This document shows, piece by piece, positions 26,066 through 41,329 of a stretch of DNA of 64,000 nucleotides. The notes beneath the pieces are model-generated. The model ran no database searches. It had not been told where the DNA came from and saw nothing but the letters and a program-made list of their open reading frames with translations. Within the stretch, counting starts at the first letter, position 1. Every line of letters starts with the position of its first letter. Origin of the DNA: Octopus vulgaris (lineage: Eukaryota); NCBI GenBank assembly GCA_951406725.2, contig OX597830.1, forward strand, positions 40,300,001-40,364,000. The letters run 5' to 3'. The position numbers were made by a program, and so were the translations under genes.

Positions 26066-27698
26066 CTGTCAAAATAGAAATATGATTATGGCTATAGTAA
26101 AAGAATAAAAGAAATATATCTACACACACACATGTTGACATACATATATATACATGAGCTAATAATAAGTAAGCTTCTATGTGGTGATCCAGTCTTCTAA
26201 ACATAGCAGCTAAGTCTATCATGCTAAAAGAATGAAGGATACTAAGTAACGTGGCTGTGGGCACACACTGTCTGAAAAATGAATTAAGATAATTAATCAA
26301 CAAATCTCTCCACTCTGGATTGGCTCAGGGCTAAACTACAACCAATGTACACAAGCCAATGAAGGAGCCTTTATACAGTTGCTCAACTTGCCAGAAATAG
26401 CAACCAAAATCCCTTAAATTGCATCTTGTTGTCTTAAAGTGGCAAGATACACAAAGAAGAATAACAGAATGGTCATAGTTGAAATGCCTTTTGCTTTTTT
26501 TCAAACACAACATATCTGAGACCTTGTTTTCCAATGTTTTCCAGTGCCCTTCCCATTCTAAGATGGTTGGGCTTGTTTGAAAAACAAACAAATCTTCCAG
26601 TTTGCTGCCTCAATAATTAATAATAATTCTTTCTTCTATGTATAATGCTTGGAATTTTGGGGGAAGAGGCTAATCAATGACATCAACCCCAGTACTAGAC
26701 TGGTTCTTTATTTTACTGACTCAGAAAGGATAAAAAGCTAAGTTGACCTCATCAAAATTTGAACTCAGAACATATGAAGCTGGAAGAAATGTCAGTAAGC
26801 ATTTTCTCCAGTGTGCTAATGATTCTACCATTCCACTGCCTTAATACCAGATTGTGCCATTCATGAGAAGAGATTCAATAGATTGTAGTGTGGTAACTGC
26901 TCTATTTAGCACATCAACCTGAATGGTAAATCAGGTTGTATGCAAGTGGTTCTTTTAGTCTCCATCTCTTTGAACAAGTCAGGTGATGCAGTGCCAAAGC
27001 AACATCCCAAAGTGACAATTCTGCCATGCAAATGCAATGGTCAACTGGCATGTACTATACTAAAGTATGTGCTTTGAGGTTGAGATTCTTTTGGGGAACA
27101 ACTCAGGTCTGGTACCTGTTCCACTTTAGAGTCATCCAATAATAATTGCTCACAGGTAACCTGGAACCTTCACTCTACTGAATAAGCACACAAACTGTAG
27201 CTATGATCCCATGAGCCCTCTTGTACTCATCATCATCATTTTTTAACATCCGTTTTCCATGCTAGCATGGGTAGCACAGTTCGACCGGGGTCTAGGAAGC
27301 CAGGAGGCTGCACCAGGCTCCAGTCTGATGGCAGTGTTTCTACAGCTGGATGCCCTTCCTAATGCCAACCACTCCATGAGTGTAGTGGGTGCTTTTCACG
27401 TGCCACCAGCACAGGTGACAGGGGAGGCTGGCAACGACCACGATCAGTTGGTGCTTTTTATGTGCTACCGGCACGGACGCCAGTCAAGGTGGCGCTGGTA
27501 TCAGCCTGGTGCTGGCATCGACCCAGTGCTGGTGGGAAAAACCATAACCGAGATGATGTTGCTAAAACTCATCCTAGGCCAGCAGGAGCAGCAATACAGG
27601 ATGCACAAGTGTGCCAAGGAACCCATCTCATGAGCATTGAACCTGTGCCAAATCCCTGAAAACTCAGCGCGCCACGTACATCTGTCACATGAGTAAGA

Positions 27699-27930
27699 TT
27701 AACCCTTTAGAATCCTCATTATTCTGTCAAATCAAATGCTTATTTATTCACATTGATCTGAATTAGTCATGTATTATTACCTTGTACCTTTGAAAGTCCA
27801 ATGATGTGATTGTTTACTTTTAGAATGACATTGTAGGGTAGGTGTGAGAGGTTGGATCTGGCCAGTTTGAACATGAAACAGGTTGACTATTTGGGCCAGA
27901 TGTAGCCAGTTTAAATGCTAAACGGGTAAA
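27699..27930. mobile_element. TTAA-flanked piggyBac-type MITE (family B), representative copy
   Basis: TTAACCCTTTAG ... ATGCTAAACGGGTAAA. Other, often interrupted, copies at ~24400-24992, 28043-28672, 53815-54330, 54858-56208 and 61752-61973. Confidence 0.7.
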
Positions 27931-29459
27931 ATATAAAATTTGTATTATAAATCCCGGTCAGCTTCAGGCAGGTTGGTATCTAGATATCAAAAGGGTTAAT
28001 ATGGCTGCTCACAAAATCTTTCTTAATCATCTAAACTGAGGCTTTACCCTTTAGCATTCAGATTAATTTATCCAATGTAATGTTATTTACTCTCTCTTTT
28101 ACTGGTTTCAGTTATTTGACTGCGGCCATGCTGGATCACCGCCTTTAGTCGAGCAAATCAACCCCAGGACTTATTCTTCGTAAGCCTAGTACTTATTCTA
28201 TCGGTGTCTTTTGCTGAACCGCTAAGTTACGGGGCTGTAAACACACCAGCATCGGTTGTCAAGTGATGGGGAGGGGGGGGCAAACACAGACATACAAACA
28301 CACACATATATATACATATATAAAATGGGCTTCTTTCAGTTTCCCTCTACCAAATCCACTCACAAGGCTTTGGTCGGCCCGAGGCTATAGTAGAAGACAC
28401 TTGGCCAAGGTGTCACACAGTGGGACTGAACCCTGAACCATGTGGTTGGTAAACAAGCTACTTACCACACAGCCACTCCTGCACCTATTTGTCCACATTA
28501 AAAAAAATTAATCATGTAGTATCTTGTAGCTTCAAGATTTTGAAGATGTGATTGTTTATTTTTAGAATGACATTGTAGGGTAGGTGTGAAAGGCTGGATC
28601 TGGCCAGTTTGAAGACAATACAAGGAGAATATTTTGGCTGGATATGGCTGGTTTAAATACTAATGGGCTAAACTAATCTGTCTCACAACAGTCTAATCCC
28701 AGCTTCATATTCCTTAATAGTGGCAAAGAATCCAATTCTTTATGAATTCTGCTTTGTAAGATTGGAAGATCTGAACTCTGAAGGATCAAAAAGTGGTATC
28801 CTTGAAAATGCTTGTCTGGCACTTTGCAGTAGACACATAGCTTGCTACTTTCTAGAAAGGACCAATGGGCTATGCCTTTGCAGTCAATATTCATATTGGA
28901 AATGAAGATTGAGTGGTCTTTTGCCTAATTGTGCAATGTGTGGTTTCTGTCCATGCTGAGCTTGCCTAGGGGTGCCTATGTTATCATTTGACAGGCATAC
29001 AACCCCACTTAAACTCCCCAACCAACACTGTCCTCGACTAAGGGCCATGCATTGGCTGTGTTAGCACCCATCAAGGTCCTCAACATGCACCACACACTTT
29101 CAGCTAGATAATGAACCATTGCTCAGCAATATGATAATAATAATGATAATAATGATAATAATAATAATCCTTTCTATTATAGGCACATTGCCTGGATTTT
29201 GTGGAGAGGGAGATAATAATGGTTTCAAATTTTGCCACAAGGGCAGCAATTTTGGGGGAGGGGATGAGTTGATTACATCGACCCCAATGTTCAACTGGTA
29301 CTTATTTTATCCACCCCAAAAGGATGAAAGGCCAAGTCAACCTCGGTTGATTGTGAACTCGGAACATAAAGGACGAAATGCTGCTAAGTATTTTGCCAGG
29401 CCTGCTAACAATTCTGCCAGCTCACCACCTTAATAATAATGATAATAGTAATAATAATA

Positions 29460-29835
29460 ACAACAACAAGAGTGCCTAATAATCAACATAGCATTGAAAG
29501 AAAGAGTAAAGATTGATAAATATGGAGACCTGAGAATTGAGATTGCTAAGATGTGGCAGCTATGAGAGTCAAACATAAAGGTTATCCCTATTGTCATCGG
29601 AGCATTGGGTTCAATACCACCCAATCTGAAAAAAAACACCTGAAAACCTTAGGGATACCCTACAATCTAGGTATATTGCAAAAGTCAGCATTACTTGGAA
29701 CTGCATGCTTATTGCGTAAAATACTGTCTGTCTGAGGTCCTTGTTGTGACTTGACAGACAGTGCAAACCCCCAGTAGACACAATATCTTCAATCAATAAC
29801 CTCAGGATATTGTATACTGTCGATAATAATAATAA
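29460..29835 (+). mobile_element. R4/Dong-type LINE 3' end (restriction-like endonuclease C-terminus)
   Basis: KIDKYGDLRIEIAKMWQL*ESNIKVIPIVIGALGSIP, then a frameshift to HLKTLGIPYNLGILQKSALLGTACLLRKILSV*. Flanked by (TAA)n, the known Dong target. Confidence 0.85.
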
Positions 29836-30419
29836 TAAACTCAGTAGGGATGGTCAATACCGGCTACAATATTTTTGCTTACAGTCCTGCTAATTAGGGA
29901 CCAACGTAACCTTAAGCCAGCAACACTATCAACCATAATTACTACCCTCAGTGGTTGTCCCCACCCCCACCAACATCATCTTCGAAGTCATTTCCTCCAC
30001 AACCATCATCATGAGTTTCTACCATCACCACGAGTACCACCACCATCATGTGTTCCCACCACAACCATCACAACTCATTATCAGCAGCAGCACCACCACC
30101 ACTATGACAACTACTGCAGCTATTCTCACCACCTCCATCACTACCACCAGAACCATCACCCAGCAATTACTGTTTCTAACTATCAATATCACCACCATCA
30201 CCACCACTACCAGAACTATCTCTCTAACAAACACTATTTCTAACCAATTGTCACCACCACCATCACCACCACCACCACCATCATCATCAACATCAAACTC
30301 ACTACCACCTCTACATCTGTTTTCACCACCATCATTACTTCTGCCTCTACCTCTGTTACCACCAGAACCATTCACCCCACAGCAAACATTTCCAACCAAT
30401 TATCGTCAGCACCACCCAG

Positions 30420-31340
30420 ACCAACAACACTATAATCACCACCACCACAACAACAACCACTATCACCACCACAACAACCACTACCACCACCAAATCCACT
30501 ACCATCACAACCACCACCACTGCTGCCAGCACTGCCACCAACACCACAACAACAACACCAACCACCACCATCTCCACCAATTCCACTACCATCATAACCA
30601 CCAACACCACTGCCAGTGCTGCCACCACTCCCACTACCACCACAGCAACAACAACACCAACCACTACCATCACAACTACCACCACTGCTGCCACCACTAC
30701 CACTACCATCACAACCACCACCACTGCTGCCGGCACTGCCACCAACACCACAACAACAACAACACCAACCACCACCATCTCCACCAATTCCACTACCATC
30801 ATAACCACCAACACCACTGCCAGTGCTGCCACCACTCCCACCACCACCACCACAGCAACAACAACACTAACCACTACCATCACAACTACCACCAGAACAA
30901 CCACTACCACTACCATCACAACCACCACCACTGCTGCCAGCACTGCCACCAACACCACAACAACTACACCAACCACCACCATCTCCACCAATTCCACTAC
31001 CATCACAACCACCAACACCACTGCCAGTGCTGCCACCACTCCCACCACCACCACAGCAACAACAACACCAACCACTACCATCACAACTACCACCACAACA
31101 ACCACTACCACTACCATCACAACCACCACCACTGCTGCCAGCATTGCCACCAACACCACAACAACAACAACACCAACCACCACCATCTCCACCAATTCCA
31201 CTACCATCACAACCACCAACACCACTGCCAGTGCTGCCACCACCACCACCACCACCACCACCACCACAGCAATAACAACAACATCAGCCACCACCATCAC
31301 CACCAAATCCACTACCATCACAACTACCACCACCACTGCC
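30420..31340. repeat. Higher-order CAC/CAA minisatellite, ~204-207-bp unit, ~4 copies
   Basis: The marker TCTCCACCAATTCC recurs at 30571, 30778, 30982 and 31186. This array underlies the 520-aa His-rich ORF. Confidence 0.9.
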
Positions 31341-32186
31341 AGCGCTACCACCACCACCACATCTGCTTCCACTGCCATCAGCATCTCTGCTCTCATAAAT
31401 ACCACCACCATCATCACTGCTGCTGCTATTGCTGTTTTCCACCCCCAGAAAATATATCCGGGGTGAAAGAGAAAGTGGGGGGAGGGGAGAGGCGTTTGCA
31501 AGTTATTCATTGAATCGACCAATGAGAAAGTGTAGAAAGAATTGAATTATATTGGTTAAATTGAGTGATAGATTGGTAATACTTTTTGATCTGTGTGTGT
31601 GTGTGTGTATCGGCTGTATTGATTGATTTTTGTGAAATACTCTGGGTTACCCTAAAGTGAGTCATGAAAACAGTTCAGTGCAAAGAAAGAAAGGAAAAGA
31701 GGAAAGAAAGGGGAAAAAAAAAGGGAAAAGGGGAAAGTATGTTTCTAAAGGAGATAAGTTGAGGGTGGGACATACACTCAGGAATTAAAGAGTGTGAGTT
31801 GATGGCGGGGTGGCGTGAAATAAGTCAACCAGGGATTACATGTGTGTGTTTATATTTGTATAGTATACACACAAATGCATACACACACATACACACACAT
31901 ACACACACACAAATACATAACTGCATATTTATACACATGCATAAATACACAAATGCATATATATACATACACATGTACAAATATACACATATGTACATAT
32001 ATATATATATACACACAAATGTATATATATGTTTACATATTCTCAAATAATATATATATATACACAAGCGTACACAAATATACATGTATATATATATGTG
32101 TGTGTATATGCATATATATATATATATATATTCAAGCGTACCCAAATACACATGTATATATATATATATGTGTGTGTGTATGTATA

Positions 32187-32240
<54 letters not shown>

Positions 32241-32274
32241 AACAACAATCATACACATACATGCGCACACACAT

Positions 32275-32339
<65 letters not shown>

Positions 32340-32679
32340 GGATCCTGTTGAGCCATCCAACCCATTCCGGCATTGAATTACAGACGTTAAATGATGATTG
32401 AATAAGCAAATTAGTTTTGGCATTTGTTTATGGTTTACTATCAAAAACCAAGTTATGGTCTGACTTCACAAGAGATTTATCCATTGTCAGGCTTCAACCG
32501 ATTCCATGCTGTCTTTAAAATGGAGAAACCACATGTTTCTTGCCTGATAAGAATGTTGATCGTCTGATTGATTGATTAGGTGATTAGATGATTGGGTGTT
32601 TGTCTACATCTGTCCCACAGGTCTGTGGAAGCAGAGGAGAGACAATGAAAGAAGAAAGAAGGAGAGAAGGAAACAAGTG

Positions 32680-33062
32680 AGAGAGAGAGAGAGAGGAAGG
32701 AGGAGGACATATAAGGAAAGAGAGATATGATGAATGATAGGTGGTGAAGAGAGAGGAAAGAGCATGACATATAAGGAAAGAGAGATATGATGAACGATAG
32801 TGAAGAGAGAGAGAGAGGAAAGAGCAGGACATATAAGGAAAGAGAGATATGGTGAATGATAGTGAAGAGAGAGAGAGAGAGGAAGGAGGAGGACATATAA
32901 GGAAAGAGAGATATGATGAACAATAGAGAAGAGAGAGAGAGGAAGGAGCAGGACATATATGAAACTAGAGATATGATGAACAATAGTTGGTGAAGAGAGA
33001 GGAAAGAGCAGGGCATATATTGAAAGAGAGATATGACAAATGATAGTTAGTGAAGAGAGAGA
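32680..33062. repeat. Purine-rich ~58-62-bp minisatellite, ~6 copies
   Basis: Unit approximately GAGGAAGGAGGAGGACATATAAGGAAAGAGAGATATGATGAATGATAGTGAAGAGAGAGA. Confidence 0.9.
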
Positions 33063-33517
33063 GATCAAAGAGAGGTAAAAAGTTAGAGAAACATGAAGAG
33101 CAATGCAGAGGGAGAGTGTGAGAAGTGTAACAGTAGAAAGCTATCCCATCAAAGACAACAAAAACAATCACAAAATTTACAGAAAAAAATTGCTGTATTT
33201 GATTTCCTTGTTTTTGATAAATTTTTCAGACTAGCCTAAGTTCACAGATTTCAAGCCAGCTGAATTATTTATTCCGTGTATAACTGGTATTTATTTTATC
33301 AACATTGGTTGATAAAAATAGGTGCAGGTGTGGGTATGTATAGGTGCACACATGGCTGTGTGGTTAAGAAGCTTGTTTCCCCATCCCTGTGGTCTTGGGT
33401 TCAGTACTATTGTGTAGAACCCTGGGAAAGGCTCTTCTATTACAGCCTAGGGCCAACCAAAGCTTTGTGAGTGGATTTGATAGACAGAAACAGAAAGAAG
33501 TTCATAATAGCTGTGTT

Positions 33518-33611
<94 letters not shown>

Positions 33612-35600
33612 TACACATATGTATATCCTGGGTTTCTTCAGACCCTAGGCCTATGGCCTCTCTAGAAAATGAAGGAGGAAAAGACCTTGTTACTCAGTCA
33701 ATGACTGGAGATTGTCTCCCCTACTCATAATTGACCCTGTTATCATGTGGATCCCAGGATACCTACAGGAATTTCTTGAAGTGCAAGCAGGATCCAAAGC
33801 CTTCTTTGCTGGAGTTAAGGATGTTCCCTGGGTCAAGGAAGTCCTTTAATATCCTTGCCTGTTCAGCTACACACACATACGTGTGTGTGTGTACCTTTGT
33901 TCAAATATCATGTGATGGTTGTAAATGAACATTGATGTTGTTTAGTTGTCTGTAAAAAGCATGTTTAGCTATGGGGAAATATTACCTTGCTTGGAAAAGT
34001 ATGAGGGTTGGCATCAGGAAGGGCACCCTGCTGTAGAAAATCTGCTTCAACACGTTGGTCAGGAAGCTGGCTCGTCGCAGGATTTCTCATTTTTGCCAGC
34101 TGAGTTGACTAGAGCAACATGAAATGAAATGTTTTGCTCAAGAACATAATGCACCACCTTGTCCAGGAATTGAAACCACCGTCTAATAATCATGAGTCTA
34201 ACACCCTAACCACCAAGCTATGCACCTCCACTATTATTTCAATCAGGTTGGGATGCAGTGACAATCATTCTATAACTCAGTGATACCACTGGTTAACATA
34301 GTTCTCTGGCAAATGATAGATCTGTAGTTTAAGTCCTGCCAGTGGACTCATTGCTGTTTTTACTGTTTCAAATTAATGAATATAATAATTAAATGCAGAA
34401 TTACATAGATAATGTAATGAGTTGAAAAGAATTTTTAATTAATTGAAAATGCTGATTACTTTCATATAATACGATGGCATGCACTTACGTGCATGTTGAT
34501 CATGCAGAAGGCATCCCTGAAGAATTTAATAATGTCATTATTTTGAATTGCCTTATTAATGCATGTAATATCTAATATCTAGCACCATTTATATTATTAA
34601 TATCTTGGTTGTTAATTAATGTTACAGTATTCTATTTATTGTTACCATTCTGATCTTCTATCACACTCCTTTCACTTTAATATGCACTTACTGACCCATC
34701 TGTCTTTCCTGTTCCATTATCCCTATTCCCTCTCTCATATTTGCCTTGTACACACACACACACTCTCTCTTTCTCTCCCCCTCTCTCTTTCTCTTTCCCC
34801 CTTTCTCTTTCTCTTTCCCCCTCTCTTTATCTCTCTCTCTCTCTTCAGCTGGAGAAGCTATGCATCTCTTCAGCAAGATACCTACTTGTTCTTCTCTCTC
34901 TCTAACAGTTTCACATCCTTCAATGAGTTAAAGAATCTTGTCTTGCGAGTACTTGGGAACCTCACCAATGCTGGTGCTAAAAAAAAAAGAAAGCACCAGC
35001 AACACCCTGTGAAGCAGTTGGCATTATGAAGGGCATCTGGCCATAGAAACCATGTCAAAGATGACATTGGAGCTCAGTGTAGCCCTCTGGCTTTCATCTA
35101 TTCATATCGACCACTCTAACCCATGCCAATATGGAAGAAAAGACATTAAATGGTTTTGATGGTTCCATGTTGTGCTGCATATCAGGTCATATTTTGATGT
35201 ATCAGTTTATATTTTTTCATGAGATAATGATGTTAGGCTTCACTCAAAAATTCCCCATTTTTGGACAAAGGGATGTTGTGAATGGTCTCCTTCTTACTTT
35301 GCAACATAATTGATTCTCAGAGAGAGGGAGAAGAGGAGGGAGAGGCAGAGAGGGGAGGGAGAAAGGGGGAGAGAGAGAAGTGATCCTATCACCCGACTGG
35401 TCTATTTTTTTATCGCCCTGGGAAGGATGGAAGATAAAGTTGACCTTTACAGAATTTGAACTCAGTATGCAGAAAACCAGGACAAATACTGCAAGGTATT
35501 TTATTCACCATTCTAATAATTCTAGCAATTTACCACCCAATTAATTGATAACTGTTATAAAATATCTAAATATTATGCTACAAATCATCACATGAGAAGC

Positions 35601-35823
35601 TTAACTCTTTTGTTACCAACCCAGCTGAAACCGGCTCTGGCACTGAGTACAAATGTCTTGTTTTCATAAGTTTTGAATCAAAATCTTCCACCAAACCTTA
35701 GTCACAATTTATGTTCCTAACACTAGCTGAATGATAACTAAATTATTTTACTAAATTCTTTGTTATATTTAAAATTAATTGAAAGAAACACAGAGCATCT
35801 CAATACAGTAACGAAGGGGTTAA
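35601..35823. mobile_element. TTAA-flanked piggyBac-type MITE (family A)
   Basis: TTAA-CTCTTTTGTTAC ... GTAACGAAGGGG-TTAA. Related sequence at ~25490-25700 and ~6700-7045. Confidence 0.7.
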
Positions 35824-36987
35824 AGAGAAATGTATTGACTGATAGGTACAGGCATGTCTATGTGGTTAAGAAACTCGCTGAAGTCACAGAAAGGAGGTGA
35901 TCGGTGGAAATAATGAGGGCAAGGATGATAATCCTTTCTGCTATAGGCACAGGGGAGGAGGAGAGTCAACTACATCGACCCCAGTATGCAACTGGTACTT
36001 ATTTCATCGACCCTTGAAAGGATGAAAAGCAAAGTTGACCTTGGTGAATTTGAACTCAGAACATAAAGACGGACAAAATACCACTAAGCATTTCACCTGG
36101 TTTGCTAACGATTCTGCGATTCTGCCAGGTCGTTGCCCTTAGGGCAAGGATGATAATAGAAATAGAAGTGACTCCAGAGAGACAGATGAATGTAATGTGC
36201 CTATTCTGCTCTTAAGCGATTACAGCAGCTGAGTAGTACCATAGATAGAGAAGTGACAGGTGTTAGAGAATGTGATGCGGAGGAAATGCTTGATAGGGCA
36301 CAGAGAGAGAGAGAGAAGAGGGACAGTGGTTTTAAGACATCATTTCTGATGTGATGGCTGGGTCTCCTCAAGCACAGCAAATCGCCAATCATCTCAGTCT
36401 TTTGTCCTCTCTGATATTAGGTTCAGCATATTGAAATAGCAGGTCTCTTTCAGTTTCCTTCTACCAAATACACTCACACAGCTTTGGTCAGCCCAACACT
36501 ATAATAGAAGGCATTTGCTCAAGGTGCCATGCAGTGGGACTGAATCCAGAACCATGTGATTGGGAAGCAACCATACCTGCACCTTATATATATAGATAGA
36601 TAGATATTCCTTGATTTGTTTCAGTCACTTGACTGCGGCCATGCTAGAGCACCGCCTTTAGTTGAACAAATCAGCCCGAGTACTTATTCTTTGTAAGCCT
36701 AGTACTTATTCTATTGGCGTCTTTTGCCAAACCACTAAGTTACGAGGATGTAAACACACCAACATCGATTGTCAAGCGATGGTGGGGGGGACAAACAGAC
36801 ACACTAACATATACAAATATATATATATATATGTATATTCGACGGGCTTCTTTCACTTTCTGTCTACCAAGTCCACTCACAAGGCTTTGGTCAGCCCGAG
36901 GCTATAGAAGACACTTGCCCAAGGTGCCACACAGTGGGACTGAATCCGGAACCATGTGGCTGGGAAGCAACCACACCTGCACCTTAC

Positions 36988-37032
<45 letters not shown>

Positions 37033-37695
37033 AGTTATAGATATGTCCAAAGAGATGATAAAAAAAAATTGCATGAAGCTGATTGGCAGTGAAAGCAAAA
37101 TAAATAAATAAAGTTAATATTGAAAGGTCTTCCTTGCTTGAAGTTGGAACATAAAAGGGACATAACTGAGATATGGCGAGTCATTTTGTCTGGCTGCTGG
37201 CAACCATTTCTGCTATCGTCAATCCCACTCACATTTCTATTAAAGCAATATTAAAAGTTAATGTTGTTTATATTGCTTCTATATTTTTTTCATGCTATGG
37301 GTATAGATTTTCTCTTCCTCGTCCTCCTCTTTTTCTCTCTCTCTCTCTCATCTATGTAACACACAATGGTAAGTTGTTTCCAAACAACATCAGTACAGGG
37401 ATGATGAGGTCATGTAAGCTAGGTGTGTGAATGTGCATTCTGCATGTCTGTGAATGTGCAAGAGTGTGTGTGTGTGTGTGTGCAAATGCATGTGTGTTTG
37501 TGTGGTTTTGTTCTCGAGGATGTGTGAGGTGGGCTGGAGTGTTATTCCAGTAGATTAGAATTATACACAAGGAAGAAGACTATTGATTGCAACTGACAAT
37601 TATTTAAAGATAAATCCAATGTGAGCCATAAAACTATATAAGATTTTCTTCTTATCATACATAGCTTGGTAAGAGCAAGAAAAACAAAACCAGTG

Positions 37696-37726
<31 letters not shown>

Positions 37727-37934
37727 TGTATGTGTGTGTGTGCTATATTTCAATCTTAGCTAAAAGGCAATATGTATGAAAATGTACAGATATTCCACAC
37801 ACACACACACACACACACACATATGTATGCTACACTTTGATCTTAGCTAAAAGGATGTGCGTATGTGAACGTACGTTTTTGTACATGTATATGCATATAT
37901 TTACATGTATGTATCTAAATATATAAACGTGCAT

Positions 37935-38465
<531 letters not shown>

Positions 38466-38632
38466 GCATTTATACACACACACACACACACATATATATG
38501 CTCATATATACATGTAAATACATATACATATACACATATGTGTATTTATATATGTACATATATGTGTGTATATGCTTATAAATGTATGTCTGTCTACATA
38601 TATATATACATAGATATGCATACACATGCACG

Positions 38633-38670
<38 letters not shown>

Positions 38671-41329
38671 GTAAAAATATTTCCATAAGATGCAAAAAGA
38701 AACATCTCAGTGCAGATATCATTATATGTAATGAACAAAGTGTACATACTTAAAAAGAAAAATATTGTTATATCAACAGATTAACTTCTAAATCATATAA
38801 AAAGCATATATGTTGCAAGAAGAAAAAATGAGATATAGATAGCAAGCCTTTGTCTCTGCACACACACATGCACATGCACACAAACACACACACAAACACA
38901 TATATAAACACATATGCATGTATGTTTATATAAATACATATGCACATGCATTCATAAAAGTAAGTAGATTTCCATTATTTTTAATGCTGTTCTATCAAAA
39001 GATCTATCTACTCATTAAATTAGCATGTATGTGGCTGAGTATTCCATGGACAGGTGTACCCGTAACACAATCCTCAGGTGAAACCAGTGCAACACAGTGA
39101 TTGATGATGCTGGATTCTTTGAATTACGTGTATAATACAAGGCATGAGTTGAGTCAAGGCTCATGACAATGGTGTTGACTTTCTCCCGTCGTCTGAGAAA
39201 GACAGTTCTGCAATTTCTAGCAGAACAACCTACACAAATAATTTGCTTATAGTTATCAATTGTATGTAGTGTATACATTAGCTCACTCTTTCCATCAAAT
39301 CAACGTTACCTGAACACCTCAGGTGTCAAAGTGATTGCAGAGCAATGGAAGATGAAGTGTTTTACTCAAGAACACAAAGCATCACCCAGTCCAAAAATTG
39401 AAACCACAATCTCATGAGCACAAGTACAGTACCCTAACCAGTAAGCAATGTGCCCTCAGACACAAGTCTATAATAAAAGACATTTTCCTGAGCTGCTGTT
39501 CAATAGGATCAAACCTGAAACCTTGGGATTGTGAAGGAAACTACTTAACCATTAGGCTATGTCAAGCTTATACACATAAACATACAAGACATAATGGTTG
39601 CAACTCAGTTTTGAGCAATGCCATGGTTTGATTTTTCTCTTAAAGCAACACAGTTGCAGCTTTTCAGTCCTGCTAGGAACCAACACTCTTTTGCACAGAT
39701 GCAGCTATGATGGGTGCCTCTTGCAGCAAGTGTTCACAAATTCAACTCTCTAACTCACACATGCTTTCATTCCATCATGGAATTTTTCATTGAATGTTTT
39801 GATGTTTCTGTTTGCTTGTCTCTTGTTTTTTTTTTTAGCTATGTATCAATATCACATAAAGTTTGGTGTACATTGTCAAACGCTTGTAGCTGCAGTATTT
39901 TGTACAGAAGTGGCTGTGTGGTAAGTAGCTTGCTAACCAACCACATGGTTCCGGGTTCAGTCCCACTGCATGGCATCTTGGCCAAATGTCTTCTGTTATA
40001 GCCCCGGGCTGACCAATGCCTTGTGAGTGGATTTGGTAGATGGAAACTGAAAGAAGCCTGTTGTATATATGTATATATATATGTGTGTATTTGTGTGTCT
40101 GTGTTTGTCCCCCTAGCATTGCTTGACAACCGATGCTGGTGTGTTTATGTCCCCATCACTTAGCGGTTCGGCGAAAGAGACCGATAGAATAAGTACTGGG
40201 CTTACAAAAGAATAAGTCCCGGGGTCGAGTTGCTCAATTAAAGGCGGTGCTCCAGCATGGCTGCAGTCAAATGACTGAAACAAGTGAAAGAAAAGGTAGG
40301 TACCCTATAAAACCATTTAGTGTCAAAAAGCACAGTGTTCTTCAAAACTGAAAAATCGTTATATGTCATGCTTGTTCACTTCTGGGGCAATTTCGTTTTA
40401 CCTAGCTTTGACGTATATTGTGTTTTTTAACACTATATATCCCTTAGAAAAAATACCAAAACTACCAGCATCTACCAATACACATACATTATATTGTCAT
40501 CATCATCAACATCATTTAGCCTCGGCTTTCCATGCTGGTATGGGTTGGGCAGTTTGACCAATGCTGGTAAGCCAGAGAGCTGCACCAGATTCCAGTCTGA
40601 TTTGGCTCAGTTCCTACAACTGGATGCCCTTCTTAACGCCAACTACTCTAAGAGTGTAATGGGTTCTTCTTACATGCCACTGGGATGGGTGCCAGTTACA
40701 TGACACCAGCATCAGCCACAACTATGATTCTGCTTAGCTAGATGAGTCTTCTCAAGCACAACGTATTGCCAAAGGTCTCAGTCACTTATCACATGAAGGG
40801 TGCTTTTTACATGACACCAGCATCAGCCATGACTATGGTTCCACTTGGCTTGACTGGTCTTCTCAAGCACAGCATATCTCCAAAGGTCTATCACGTTTTA
40901 CCACCCCACCAATATATTCTTTTCTACTCTAGGCACAAGGCCCGTAATTTTGGGGGAGGGAGCCAGTTGATTAGATCGACCCCAGTATGCAACTGGTACT
41001 TAATTTATCGACCCCGAAAGGATGAAAGGCAAAGTTGACCTCCGCAGAATTTGAACTCAGAACATAAAGCCATATGAAATACCGCTAAGCATTTTGCCAG
41101 TTTGCCACCTTACTTTGCCAGTATATTATATTGACAATGTTTACCTGACTGAATTTTGTACAAGACCAAACCTACTCTATAATGAATGTATGCATTTGCC
41201 CAAAAAGATTTCATCTACATCATTAGATACAAAGAAAACCACAGGTGTTACATCAGAGTTTTCCATCCCCAGGGAAGATGCTTAAACCAAGAAACCAGCT
41301 GTTGAATAACTATTAACAAAATCCAACCT

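Noticed and set aside
25968-26303. 111-aa minus-strand ORF in the track
   Set aside because: Overlaps the true AARSD1 exon in the wrong frame.
39015-39229. Possible cryptic or alternative terminal exon in the AARSD1 intron (gtgtag|GTTGTT)
   Set aside because: Weak pyrimidine tract; in AARSD1 phase it would give only RLFC*; no homology recognised.
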